A stretch of DNA of 64,000 bases. Origin: Octopus sinensis. Taxonomy: Eukaryota. Location of the stretch: NCBI RefSeq assembly GCF_006345805.1, contig NC_043008.1:18228001-18292000 (forward strand), given 5' to 3'. Made by a program: the position numbers and the translations under genes. The notes beneath the pieces were generated by a model that saw only the letters and a list, made by a program, of their open reading frames with translations, ran no database searches and had not been told where the DNA came from. This document shows positions 1 to 13,671 of the stretch, in pieces; position 1 is the first letter of the stretch; each line of letters starts with the position of its first letter.

Positions 1-725
1 GAATTAATCACAGGAACGAACGTCTTTGTTTCACGTTCTTCGACAATCCCTGCCACCATCATACACAGATACATTCTTCCCTTCTATACGCTTTTATACG
101 TGTAAATGAATGTGTCTGTGCGTGAATCCGTGTGTGTGTGTGTGTGTGTGCGTGTGCGTGTGCGTGTTCGTATGCGCATTCACATACAAATACAGACATA
201 TGCAGACACAAAGGTTCATGCATGCTCACATATAGGCATACAGAATATATGTGTGTATCTATATATATACGTATATGCATACATACATATACACATACAC
301 AAATACATAGATACATAGGGAACAGTGGATTGCGAAGCATATTACGCTGCTTATGATAGAATTCCTCGAATGGCTGCCTTCAAATCTTTCATTCTAAAAG
401 TGCTTTTCATACCGATATTTACGTAGTATCATTTATAGCATTAAGGGCTTCTGTTATCCACTGCTCTCAAAACTGGTCACCTCACTTTATTTTTAATATT
501 TATAAAATTCGCATGACGTCCACAATATAATTTAATTATATTTTAGAATACCGAAAACACTTGGCTGGCTTCATATTAGGTTTTCAAAATGTATATTGTA
601 TAAAGTTGCGTCACGAATTATTCTATTCCAGCCGTTGTAATGAAAATAGTTTTTTTTAAGAAAGAATCTGGTTTAGAATGCTATCCAGTAACATGCAACT
701 TGATTGGTCAGCGTTCAATCTATTA

Positions 726-825
726 NNNNNNNNNNNNNNNNNNNNNNNNNNNNNNNNNNNNNNNNNNNNNNNNNNNNNNNNNNNNNNNNNNNNNNNNNNN
801 NNNNNNNNNNNNNNNNNNNNNNNNN
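726..825. other. Assembly gap (100 N)
   Basis: Run of N from 726 to 825. Confidence 0.99.
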
Positions 826-849
826 TTTCCAGTTATTGGACTACTGCCA

Positions 850-1650
850 TTTTAGTCGAACGAATCGATTCTGGTAATTATTTTGTTTTATGCCTGGTAC
901 TTATTCGATCTCTAATGTTGAAGCGTTATGTTATGAGGACATAAATAAACCAAAACCTGCTGTCAAGCGTTGGTGGGAGACAAGCACCAACAGGAAGAGC
1001 AAACACACATACTCATACACACACACACCAACACACTCACTCGTAAATATACGACGCGTTTCTTTCTGTTTCTGTCAACCAAATTAATTGACAAGGGTTT
1101 GACTGGTCCGGTGGCAATTTTTTTCCACGTGAACTACGGACCCAGGTAATGAACATATTTGCATACATCAAATCACAGCTGACATTAACCTCGTTGTCAA
1201 TTTAACAAAGGTTGGCATTCAAAATGGCGTTCTCCGATTGCCACGCGAAACATGTATTGTGCTCTCATCGAGCGTGATGTGCTAGCATCCCTCTCTACTT
1301 ACTGTTTTACAAAGAAAACAACACAAATATCTACGCAGAACCGGTCATTGTGGAAACAAGCACAAGAACAACAAGCATTGTTAAAAGTGAAAAGAAGCAT
1401 GGTCATTCCTTACCCAAGTGAACTTATGTTATCGCCCCTCACTTGTTATGCGCTCATAAATTAGTTTGATAGCTGAGCTCCGATTGGCTGCATGCAAATA
1501 TGTTTATAACTCGGGTCCTGAACTCTCGTGGGAAAAAATACGCAGCCCGGTGCTATAGAAGATGTCAGTTGACGGATATGCCAAGAAGTGAAACTGAGCT
1601 CGAAATTATATGGTTGGGAAGCGAACCCCTTATAACACAGCTACCCCTCC
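850..1650 (-). mobile_element. Old SINE family A copy, interrupted by a ~440-bp insertion
   Basis: Body 850-1110 and head ~1555-1650 resemble the reverse complement of the 2049-2488 element. Confidence 0.5.
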
Positions 1651-2048
1651 GCTATACTTTACATTCCCTTAATGTTCTGCGTTTTTTGGGGGGGGGGTCT
1701 TAATTTTGCGTTTCAGATTTTTTTTCTTCTTCTAGCCAGAGTTGCGGCCATGCTGATGCACCGCCGTTTTGCTTCACTGTTATTACTAAGAGCCTCCTCT
1801 AATATGTGGCACTTGGTGAAGAATGGATTTTGATATAGCTGCGCTCATTGCACCTCTTGCCGTGAGGCAGGTTCATCTTGGGCTCTCGACAGGAAGAGGT
1901 TCAGCTTTGATTTTAAAAAAACCCTACATCTACTTTGTGCAAGTTCCTCACATTGTATTTAAGATATGGTATTTGGATAACCATATCTTAAATCATTGAC
2001 TTGGAGCCTAAGCGCAAAGCCACACATCCCTGGAAGAAATTATCATCA

Positions 2049-2228
2049 AGGCGCAGGATTGGCTGATTGGTAAGTAGCTTGTTTACCAACCACATGGTTC
2101 CGGGTTCATTCCCACTGCGTGGCACCTTGGCAAGTGTTTTCTACTAAATCTCGGGCCGCCAAAGCCTTGTGAGTGGATTTGGTAGACGGAAACTGAAAGA
2201 AGCCGTCGTATATATGTATATATATATA

Positions 2229-2260
<32 letters not shown>

Positions 2261-2488
2261 GCGTGTGTGTGTTTTGTGTCTGTGTTTGTCCCCTAAGCAT
2301 TGCTTGACAACCGATGCTGTTGTTTATGTCCCCGTTACTTAGCGGTTCGGCAAAAGAGACGATAGAATAAGTACTGGCCTTACAAAAGAATAAGTCCCGG
2401 GGTCGAGTTCTCGATTAAAGGCGGTGATCCAGCAGGCCGCAGTCAAATGACTGAAACAAGTAAAAGTAAAAGTTAAAGAGTAAAAGAG
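2049..2488 (+). mobile_element. tRNA-derived SINE family A (CORE-like; resembles octopus OR2 type), full length
   Basis: A/B-box-like head (TGGTAAGTAGC...GGTTCATTCCC), CORE-like CACCTTGGCAAGTG, internal (TA)n/(TG)n, (GAGTAAAA)-type tail; many homologues in the window. Family name is from recall. Confidence 0.85.
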
Positions 2489-2955
2489 TACCAACCCAGT
2501 CTCCAGTGGTACATAATTTCCATCCCCAAGGCGGAAGCGTAAAGGAACCAAAATTTTATTGCGAACTCAGTAGCTACAGATGTCTAACGTAATTACTGCA
2601 ATATATTTTGTTCGCCAGTTTATGTCCAAGTGATATATTAATATATAAATAATAGATGAGCGATTTAATTGAGTCCATACTAGATAAAAACTGTATCGAA
2701 AATATATCACACATTAATTCGTCAAGAAACTTCGACTTCTGTTTTCCATTTATACATTAATTCGATCGATATCTAACACCTTTCGACTTCAACTGCCAAA
2801 TTTCTACATACACATTTATGTTTCGATTAGAAATAACCAATCATAAAAGTTTTATTTACACCAGCTAACTCTTAGCCTCAAATACATAGACACATACTAA
2901 CATAATGATGTATATATATACATATATTATACCTATACACACACACACACAAAGG

Positions 2956-2995
<40 letters not shown>

Positions 2996-3038
2996 GTATG
3001 TATCTGCATATACAGTCACACTTATATCTTGTGTATAT

Positions 3039-3094
<56 letters not shown>

Positions 3095-3300
3095 TACATA
3101 GACACGTACACTACACACACACACACACACACACACAATATATATATATATACACACATATGTATTATCTGCATATGCAGTCACATTTATATGTGTGTAT
3201 GCATATATATATTGATACATAGACACGTACAGTATATATATATATATATATGCAGAAAAAGACAGAGATACAGTGAGTCACAGAGATACACACAGTGAGT

Positions 3301-3342
<42 letters not shown>

Positions 3343-4900
3343 AGAGAAAGAAAGTAGTTGCCTAAACGGAATTTGTAATGGTTAGCCAACAACGAAATGA
3401 GTTTTGAGACTGTCCACTGTAGCCACCACGATGTGATCAATAAAATAAACACCAATTACAAACAAAGATCTTATCCAACATCAATGCATCTTCCCTTAAA
3501 CAAATAGCTGGGACATGAAGATGATTTAGTCAACCCAATTAGACTGAAGGAAATCAATACTCATTGTTTGGGAAATATTTTAGTTAATATATATACTGAT
3601 ATTCGGTAATATATGCTATGGAGGTTATAGGAATCTCGTTCAAAGTAGTGATGGAAGGAATATCATGCTTTCTGTAGCAGAAGGAGATAATTCAGATCTG
3701 GTCTGTTTAACATCAAAGTTTTATTGGTCACTGTAATCAATCAAAATGTAAGAGAAGAATAATTAGTAAATTTGACGACGGAAATATTTAACTGAAACCT
3801 AGATAAGCTCGTTTGGTTTCCTTGTAGAAACTGTTTATAATTCGAAAATCATGTCATTTAACATAGAAAAGCATTACGAAGTAAACTTTGACTATATTGC
3901 AAGCTTAAAGATGACTATTTACAATATAACAATGCTTTCTTGAGTGCGTAGTGTTAAGGAAACTGATTTTCACGTCAATATAATTATTCTGTAAATAACG
4001 ATCTCGAAATGTTGCATGAGATGACATGGAGGATTTGCCGATATCAACAAACTGGTACTTTATGAATCTCAGGAGGGTAAGAGATACAGTTAATTTCACG
4101 GGTTGCAAGGCAATTTTCCTGATCCATTGCTAATTCTGCCAACTCACCGATTCCGAAGAATGAAAGAGATAGAAACGTCACAAGAATTAGAGATACCAAA
4201 GAAATTTGAAATACTTAAACTGCATAAAATGCATTCCATGATTCAAATACATGTTTACATGGAAGTCCGCGCAAAAGAGTAAACCATTAAACTGGATGAT
4301 AAACACTCATAATATAATTTTAAAAAATACCAGAATTTAAAACTTACTGTTCAACAACTAAACGCGAGCAATAAACCTGTATGAACCAGTATGTTACATG
4401 TATTCAGTTGCACATATGAAATTATTGTGCTTCATTACTCTAACAGTAAAAATAGTCGGTTGAATATGCGATAACAGCGAGGAGCAATTGAAATAAATTA
4501 TAGCATGAAGCCCAAACAAAATTAGTAAGAAAAATATGTGAACAATTCGTAAATTTGCCTTAGAATTGCTCACAAGAAATTGGTTATAACTCGGGAAAGC
4601 AATTCTCATAGATAAGCAGAGCAGAATTTTGCACACAGTTAAAATGGAAGAAGCACAAGAAAAATACACATCTTATGTATGATATGTGAGCCGCGATGGC
4701 ACCATTCTTATTCTGCAGCGAGGTTTAGAACCACCACATCGGTTATGGCTATTTGAAACAGGCAGTAACAGATTCCCATCACTACAGATTGTAAATGTGT
4801 CTATGGAAATCAGGAAAACTGATAATACATTTAGGGTTAAATATGAACGACAGACGTCCAACACTTTTACTAAGTATGTCTGTAAGCGTGTGTATGTACT

Positions 4901-4971
<71 letters not shown>

Positions 4972-5029
4972 AACTGTGGACAGCTGAGGAGGAGTTAGAC
5001 TTCTGGGATTTTGATTGTTAAACATATGC

Positions 5030-5130
5030 AAATCCATGTGGTGTAGTCATTAGGGTGTTAGACTCATGATTTAAGATCATGAGACCGAATCCCGGGGGTC
5101 TGTTTCCGAGTGAAGGGCAATTCAATTCTC
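5030..5130 (+). mobile_element. Degenerate tRNA-like SINE head (family C/V-SINE-like)
   Basis: GTGGTGTAGTCATTAGGGTG...CGAATCCC resembles the heads at 11932(-) and 61190(+). Confidence 0.4.
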
Positions 5131-6291
5131 GATGCATCAGTCCATCTATTCAAAACACTTGCACTTGCTGCGGCGTGGCTCCTCGCACAATGCTACCGAA
5201 ATACGTTACAAAGATACGATCTCAAACACGCATTATAGATACGTAACACTAGTTGATTACATATTAATCATGAATCTATTACAGTTTAATTTCTTACGTT
5301 TCATTTCCCGTTTCACACCCATTATAAAGCATTTCTTTCAAATTCTTCAGTAACTTGTAGTCGATGCTAACATTTTGCTACAACTATGATTTTCCAAATG
5401 TTTACGCAAGTTGCAGTTATCGATTGGCATTTTACACATTGCCCAGTTGTTTTACTGCAAGCAAAAAAATTACTGAACTATTAAATACATATTCCCTTTT
5501 AAACATATAGAATAGCATTAACTGTGTTGGCCAAAATCCCGTGTAAACTTGTGAAGAATGAACAAAATGATAGAAAGAAACATTAACTTTTAATTAATTT
5601 AAAATATTTTTGAAATTAGACTTTGTATCAACAACAATCCTTTCACTCGTATTCTTAGCAAACTTCTATAATGGAAAGCTAATGATTTATCTACTTAACG
5701 GGAAGTGGAGTAAATTCTGCAGCCAACATATCGTATTAAGGCAAGATCCTCATTTAATGAATGTGTGTAAATTAATTAACTTATAACTAACACTCCTTCA
5801 AATTCAATTAAAACTAGCTTTGTCGTCGTTTTGAATCGATTTGGTTTATGCGAACGCCATTCTACTTATATGCCATCCAACACAATCAACTTCCAGGAGA
5901 ATTCAAACATTTGACTGACAAAGCTATAGATGTTTGCAGAAGGAATTTCGGTATTGCAGCTGGCAAAGCTGAAACGTTGGCACGTTGAATTGGGAATCAG
6001 ATATAAAGTAGTACATCAGTAACAATATTTTCCTCAAGTGGCCATTTCATCTATGGCAAGGAGGAAATTAAAGAAAATTAGAGAGTGGGTTTAGATTAAA
6101 TCAGATATCCATACAACCATACAAGCATCCCAACGTGCAGCATATCATGCATCCGCTGATTAACTAAGTATGCAATGTGTATCAACGTATGTAAGAGTGT
6201 GTAAATACAGAAAATATATAATCGCTACAGAAGGTAACATAAAATTATATGTTGTTGCCTTCACTTGTTCATATATTACTTACACGTGCAT

Positions 6292-6663
6292 AAGGTGGCG
6301 AGCTGGCAGAAACGTTAGCGCGCCAGGCGAAATGCTTAGCGGTCTTTCGTCTGTCGTTACGTTCTGAGTTCAAATTACGCCGAGGTCGACTTTGCCTTTC
6401 ATCCATTCGGAGTCGATAAATAAAGTACCAGTTACGCACTGGGGTCGATGTAATCAACTTAATACTTATGTCCGTCCTTGTTTGTCCCCTCCGTGTTTGG
6501 CCCCTTGTGGGTGATAAAGAAATAGGTATTTCGTCTGTCGTTAGGTTCTGAGTCGATAAATAAAGTACCAGTTACGCACCGGAGTCGATGTAATCGACTT
6601 AATCCCTTCGTCTGTCCTTGTTTGTCCCCTCTATGTTTAGCCCCTTGTGGGCAGTAAAGAAGT
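6292..6663 (+). mobile_element. SINE family B (Meta/MESC-domain-like), head plus two bodies, TSD-flanked
   Basis: Central GCCGAGGTCGACTTTGCCTTTCATCC..GTCGATAAA domain; 21-nt TSD with 2 mismatches at 6271-6291 and 6664-6684. Confidence 0.85.
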
Positions 6664-6844
6664 ATACATTACCTACACGTGCATCATTACTAGCATAATA
6701 TTATCTTAACTCACGCACTCACTCGCACACACATCGGTAGAAACAGACACATATGAATACACACATATAGATATGGTACTTGCCACGCGAGCCACTTTAC
6801 TAGATTTTAATGTTAAATCATGGAGTAGATTAGATAGAGAGAAT

Positions 6845-7310
6845 GCTTTTGACTCTGCGCAGGTCACAGCCCTAGTCGATTATATATCCTTTCATTAATC
6901 CAGTTTTCCTTTCCGAATGTAACAGGGGGTCTATATAGCGATGACGCCCAGTTCTTACTGGACAGAAGTAGTAAAATACACTTAGAGAAGCATAGGAAAT
7001 ACTTCTTAAGATATTTAAACATTTAGGATTAAACATACTATGGGAAAGGATTATCTTAGAGTAAATTTTCTTGACGCTGCCTTCTGTCTTGATACTGTAT
7101 TATTGAACCATATCATAAACCGAATGATCATATTAAGTACATAAATATAGCATCCAACCAGCCACCATCGATACAACAGGCATTAGTTAAGTATATTTCT
7201 ACAAGAATTTCTAGATCATCCACTAATATAAAAGTTGTCGAATCACATGAAACTTATAATGCTGTTTTAGCTACAACTGGGTACCGTGAAAAGATTCAAT
7301 ATATACAAAA
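6845..7310 (+). pseudogene. Degenerate Penelope-like element reverse transcriptase fragment
   Basis: Manual translation across frameshifts: AFDSAQVTALV, GLYSDDA (from 6928), VNFLD, YHKPNDHIKYINIASNQPPSI, YNAVLATTGYREKIQY, matching PLE RT palm/thumb motifs. Confidence 0.75.
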
Positions 7311-7719
7311 TGCAGGCATACACAAGACTGTCAGTTCCTCCCATAATAATACACATTGTACACCATCACAACGTTGCGGTATGAGAACTTACTCAGATCG
7401 AGACTATAGGTCAGGGAGAATAGTTCATTGCAGATAAACAGTCACAACCTAAGCAATATTTGGGCTGCTTGATGGTATGAAATCAACTTCATTTCTTGTT
7501 CTGTTTCGATTTCCTAGCATTTAAATTAGTAAAACAAAGTATTTTCTATTCTCATCGTTTCGTAATACACGAATTCAGTTATTCTTTTCCTCCTTCATTG
7601 TTCCTCTCATATCCATATATTCGGATGATATGTTCACATTTATTATTCATAATCCCCACCTTTGCTTTAAAATCCCCTTTCACTGGAATATAGTTCGCTT
7701 TCTCTTTGATGGCACTGTA

Positions 7720-8620
7720 AAGATGTCAGTAAAATACTCCAATATCTTCGTCATCGCAGCCATTATATTTCCTGCATATACTTGAATAATGTTGATTTTG
7801 TAATTTCTGTCCAGTTTAACGGTTATTTTGATTATTCGTTCATTTAGCATTTTGTAATTGATTAATGTGGAAGTATCCAGGTTTGTCAAATACAAAATAA
7901 AAATAAATACAACTAAAGAAAGAACAAGAAGCTCAGAAAGTCTCAGATAATTTGCATTGAAAAACTTATACCAAAGCCTCAGAATTCCAGTTAGCCTTGA
8001 AAAATAGATTTGATACATTTTGGGACAAGATAGACAATAGCAATACCGAACTGATAACGAATATCATTACTAAGACAGTAAAACAATGTAGCTAAGAAAA
8101 CTACATCTAACAGAAAAGAGGCCAAAAACTGAACATTACCGAGAGATATTATCGACCTCATGAATATCCGAAGAATAATGAAACAAGATTCATTTACACA
8201 ACGCATAAAATATGCTGAATTATGTAAAACAGGGTAAAACCCAAATATGGAGATGATTACGGAAACAATCGAAAACAACAAAAGTTTTTTTAATCTAAGC
8301 AAAAAATTACTAAGATATGTAATACAATCATTAGCCTAAGTGACAAAACAACTTAGAGGAGACGAGCAAATATTAGAAAGAATAAAATAATTCTATGGAA
8401 ACATATTAAACAATAAATCTATTCTCGAACAGTAAATCCAAAGTTTTAACGGCTGTTGTCTAGAAAATAAAAACTCTGTAATAGAGTTTTCCGGCACATC
8501 TGCTTACTAGAAAGGATGGACAACTGATGGGAAATCAAACTGACAAGTGGACACCACGACTAGAGAAACAGACGGGATGACCATGCAGAAACTGGAATGA
8601 AAGCTTTGTTAAATTCTTAA
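7720..8620. mobile_element. RTE-clade LINE relic with an inverted 5' segment
   Basis: Minus strand ~7720-7880 encodes APE-like NERIIKITVKLDRNYKINIIQVYA; plus strand ~8000-8620 gives the RTE linker (KYAELCKT, ETIENNKS, EQILERIK) and a C-terminal KWTPR-like region. Confidence 0.6.
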
Positions 8621-8699
8621 AGACAACATTTAATAACGTCACGCACTTGACTAGCATTGCGTGTACTTCAGATGTACCAAACTCTTAGGAAACGATATC

Positions 8700-9850
8700 T
8701 TATCTACTTAACAATGGTTTCAATCAGTGGTTCTACAATACAAAAAAAGAAATCTCAACAATATTTTATACCAATCAAACCAATCAGCCGCAGGTTAAAT
8801 TCAGGGTGTCAAATCACAAACCCAGGTCCTCGTCAATTTTTTCCCACAATAAGTTGGAAGAAATAATTTTTGTTTTCCCTCAACGGGATGTCAAACAAAA
8901 TTTATTTACCCACTGGAGTGTCAAACAGCAACCACACCGTTACATGTTTGACTCCCCTAGATATATACTCAATGGTTGTCAGATGTTCTGCCAACTCCTG
9001 CTCATTCATCTGCTTGGAGAAGACGGCAATTGTGTCGAAAACTTTCGAATACGTTCTCAACACCACCGTCCTCTCCTCTTGCTGTCTGAGCCACATCTTA
9101 GTCTAAAATCTTATCTCTACAATCTCTACAATATTATCCGTATATTTTTGCCATGTTTTAAATTAAAAAATAAATAAGTCCAAAACAATAGTTCGCATAA
9201 AAGGAAAGAGAATTCAAAAGGAAACAAAGGGAAGAAGAAAAAAATGCAAACAGTTCAATAAAAAAGTCACAACAGAAGAAGAAAACAACAGTTCAAAAAA
9301 TCACAACAAAAATTATTCTGGGCATTCAGGTGCTCCAAGCCCTTATGGTACTCCAATTAGAACCTGGACTGCCCCACTTGAAAAGAGCTTTCCAATGTAG
9401 TTGTAAAATATACACTATTTACAAATAGCAAACGACTTTTGGTGGCAGTAAATGTCACCCAACTATATTTCTCACAATGAGAAAAAATGTTCACTTCATG
9501 TGAACACCTGCAATAGAGTTTTTCAATAATGGTAAATGTTGCTGTTGTAAAAAAATGCACTGTTTAAAAGTGAACAATTTTTGGTCTGAAGGATACGCCC
9601 CCAAACTCTACTTCTCACAATGAGAAAAAATGTTCACTTAATGTGAACAATATTGCTAACCGCAAGCAGACCAACATCCTAAATCTAGTGAGGACTCCTT
9701 GTTTGTAAAAATTATAACCACAGACATCAGCACCCACTGGATCCTAGAGACAAAAGTCTTACCTTGAAGCAGCAACTTTTCCCTGGCTAAACACCGCCAG
9801 TTATCTACTTCAGTGCACAACACAATGACACATGCGTACACTGAGGCTCA
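8700..9850 (-). mobile_element. Degenerate ORF1 (Tx1/L1-like gag) with T-rich 5' UTR
   Basis: ATG at 9154; EERTVVLRTYS...RGVKHVTVWLLFDT...FLPTYCGKKLTRTWVC, homologous to the 31040 copy. Confidence 0.55.
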
Positions 9851-10649
9851 AGGGAAGTATGCAGGCTACTTGGTAAGCAAGCTACTTAGCACACAGCCAC
9901 TCCTACGCTTATGATGGTATTTATTTACAACTTTCCCATGCCTTGCTTCTGCTTTTCTAACTCGTAATTCTCTAATGTCGCTACGAACAAGCTGTGCCTA
10001 AGCTTTAATTTCAATACAGAGTACAAAAAACATTGTTTATCGTATTGTTAGTTTAATTTGGCACTTTTGAATAATAAGAAAGGATTACTGATCTTGCATT
10101 GAACTTAAGAGAATTATTTTCATTAAGCTGGTTTTGGAAATAAAAAATGAGAGATCAAAATCAATACGAAGATTAATGTTTAAACAGTATCGAATTTTTT
10201 TATCGTTTCACACACATTCACAAGCAAATATGCAGAGAAACTACAATAGTGTTCATATGCGCATGAATATACTTGCGTGCACGCTCGGGTATGCGTGCAG
10301 TTGCTTTTGTAATAATCTGGCATATCGAATTTGTTCGTGGTATCAGAAGGGAAGTTACCATCCAGGGAGAAAATTCTGAATGCTAGAATTGCAAATTGTA
10401 GATATAAACTTACACACATATTCACATGCTCTCTGTATATCTGTCTCTGTCTTCCCTCTCTCTCTCCCTCTCTCTCATACACACACAGACGAGAGCATTC
10501 ATTGATCCAACTTACTGTAGGAAATTTAATGTATTTCGTCATTTCTGGGAAAATACCTGATGACGTATGTTAATTAAAACATCATGCATTTAATTATTGT
10601 TGGTATTTGTTTATTAGATATAATTAATTCGCAGCTAATTGTCGCTCCC

Positions 10650-11420
10650 TTGTTGAGATACTACACCGATAGACTCAGCAGTTTCGTAGCATGTTCTTTT
10701 GGCGACGTCTCGCCAGACTTTTGATGGTTGTCATACATTGTTATCCAATATAATGTTAATGTGAACGTTTACATGTTATTGTGCATATTCAGTTATCCAA
10801 TCATCATGAAAAGATATTTTGAATTTTGAATTATACCCTTCTTTGAACTGGAATTCAACATCTAGTTTATATCAGTATCCTCCATTGTTGATCGCTTGTA
10901 TCTACTGACTTTAAGTTATGTAGTTTTTGTCTGTAGTTCTGACCTCGTTACTATCTTTCTTGATGACTCCGGCTGTCTCTTGCACGACTGAATGATTATC
11001 GAAGATTTTTGTTTTTTTTTTCAGTTTTGGTCCCATACTAGAATCGATAAAATTAGACATCGTTGTTCATGGGTCAAACTAACATATTGGTCTTTTGTTC
11101 TTTGAAATTCCCGGATGTTAATTTGATTTGATTTGAATTTCAAATTAATTAGTTTTATAGTGTATGCTCACTGACAGGATTTCTTTTTGTTTTGTGTTTC
11201 TTTTTTTTTTCTTCATTTCTTCTACTCTTTATCTCTTATTATAAGATTTGAAACTGTTCTGTGAATTTGTTTAGTCTGGTTGTACGGAATATTACTCCGA
11301 ATGTATTGGGGAAAACGTGGTATAAGTTGATGTATTGTCAGAAGTCGATGAGTTTAAAACTCATATTTTTGTAAATTTGTGGAGGGGTTTATTGTTTTTT
11401 ATATTTTTTCATTATCATAT
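10650..11420 (-). pseudogene. Degenerate Penelope-like element (RT thumb/linker region)
   Basis: Minus-strand translation PQYIRSNIPYNQTKQIHRTVSN (cf. HP..IPYSQ.LRI.RICS) and RQPESSRKIVTRS (cf. RQP.NLK..LTRA); many stops. Confidence 0.5.
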
Positions 11421-11700
11421 TTGCCAGAAGGAGATTCACGTTACTGAAATCCATAAGGTACAGGATCTGTAGGTTTATATGTTTAGTGACATTTGGTTAT
11501 TTCCTCAATTCATAAAAAATTTTGTTCCCTAAAATGAAACATACGCCTTGGAATCGTACACTAGTGTAAACTTTAATGCAAAATTTTGATAATATTTTTC
11601 ATCAATAATTAAACTGAAACTCTTTTGTCAGCTTTCCGTATTATTATATTTTTCTCTAGCTTTAAATTAAAAATAATATATAAATGCGCCCTTTTAAAGC

Positions 11701-11932
11701 CTAGCCAGTCTCATGGGTCCGGTTTCCCGGTGTCTATGGCGTATGTGTTCCCCAGCTGGACGGGATGCCAGTCCATCGCAGCGTTACTTATATTTGCCAG
11801 CTGAGTGGACTGGAGCAACGTGAAATGAAGTATTTTGGGCAAGAATACAACGCGTCGCCTGGTCTAGGAATCGAAACCACAATCTTACGATCATGATGCG
11901 GAAACCCTAACCACTAAGCCACGCGCCTCCAC
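11701..11932 (-). mobile_element. V-SINE-like tRNA-derived SINE
   Basis: Head GGCGCGTGGCTTAGTGGTTAGG...GGTTTCGATTCC and V-domain-like GCGATGGACTGGCATCCCGTCCAG on the minus strand. Confidence 0.75.
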
Positions 11933-13640
11933 ACCTTTAATTTACTATCTTATTATTACTACTTATTTAAGTCGACTTTTTGTTTGCGCTTTTTCCAAGT
12001 TTTCATTCAGTGTACTGCAGATAAACTTACGTGCATCATCAAGGGTTTCGTTCCTACCTGTTTCAGGGCAGGATACGTTATAATTTTAAAGTTCTGCCAT
12101 AATTACATTCTACTCGTCTGTTCCTGCAGAAATATACATTATCATCTTTCAGTGTTAACTTCCATCCTTTAATAAGTAAATCCATTTGTAAAAGTGTTTA
12201 TAAGTTTTGTGAAATTTCATTATTTTTGTTATTTTATACAGGGAGTCCATCTGGTGTCCCAATCGTTTTTATTTCTGTCAAAAATAATGATTAAGGGAAG
12301 GAAGCGCTTCAATGTTATGCTTCTTACATATATTTTGTACACTTTTGCGCCATTTAATTCAAGCGCATTCCAGTATTTAATATCTTTATATGTCCTTTAT
12401 ATTTGTCCCTATATAGTAAACTGGTTTTGTTTCAAATTATTTCTCTGTTCCTGACTGTTGGGTTTTCTCACACCGAAATTTTGGTATCCGCTTGTTGATG
12501 TTTCTGTCTAAGTTCTTTGCTGTTATTTATCGTATGACTGTGGTTTTGTAAGGAACTACTTATATATCTTTCATTGCTGAGACTAGTTTCGCTCTACCCA
12601 GAGGATGTTAACATTTCCAAAATGATCCTCCTGTTACCTATGATTGTCAGACTTTTGTGTATATAATAGACTAAATTTTACTTTATTACTATAATATTTT
12701 TCTGGCTTTTTGTTGGGGGAGCAGTATAGAAATTGGGATTGTCTTGTGAGAATGGGTCTATAGTTTTGGCTTGCGCTTTCTTTCAGAATGCGATTTGCGA
12801 CATGTTTTCTTTTCTATATTTCACTTCGTTAGCAGATCCTGTGTTTTTCCTGTCTTTTAATGAAATTGTACGTTCTTGCATTTTTTCCCGTAGTTTGTAA
12901 ACAAGATCTTCATTTTACCCTTGTTTAGTATTCTTGTTATTACTTCTTAGTTAAGAAAAAAGTTGTTTTTTTCTTGTGTTCTTTAGTGTCTCCGTATACA
13001 TCGAATTTCATTAGCTCATCTTGCATTTGATGAAATTATAAGTATAGCAAAATATACGTATATATGTGTGCGTGTATGCATGCATGTATGTATGTATGTA
13101 TATGTGTGTATGAATATCGCTGCGAGTAAAATTAATAGCTTGTATTCATTTTAATATCTTTCGCAAAACCCACAATAAGCATTTATGTTTAATGTCCCTA
13201 GAATTTATTCAAGAATGACGAAATTGATATAGGAAATATTACTGAGAAAGCATAAAAAATATTCGAAGTAATGCGAAATAAATATATATTAGATAAAATT
13301 ATAGAAATTAATGCATAAACCTAAATACGTAATATTGCTAAGAATTAACACGCAGCCTAATAATCTAAGGACATGTACGAGTATATATATATATATATAT
13401 ATATATCGTGAGACAGAGAGAGACATGTATATGTATGTATAACACAAACATGACTTATAAATATGCAGTCGAAGAACAATCATTAGACTTTATTTTAGAT
13501 TATGAAGCTGAATTGCATGGAACTAATATCAGATAAAATTGAACACAAAAATAGGTAAACCATTCGAAAACGAAATATTTCTATGGATTAGCATACAGTA
13601 CGTATGTGTGCACGTATATGTGTGTGTGTTCAAGATAGAG

Positions 13641-13671
<31 letters not shown>

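Noticed and set aside
323-463. Possible 141-bp MITE with CAGTGGAT/ATCCACTG ends
   Set aside because: Only 8 perfect bp, no TSD and no second copy.
10660-10725. Hammerhead-like CTGGCGA...GAAACTGCTGAGTC on minus at the end of a PLE relic
   Set aside because: Core is mutated and stems I and II do not pair; resembles the 16830 motif but is too decayed to call.
11880-11932. tRNA-like sequences here and at 42310-42378 and 61190-61250
   Set aside because: They run into SINE bodies and lack a full cloverleaf; they are SINE heads, not tRNA genes.
12480-13030. Possible 5' continuation of the minus-strand PLE relic
   Set aside because: Only vague similarity across many stops; no diagnostic motif.
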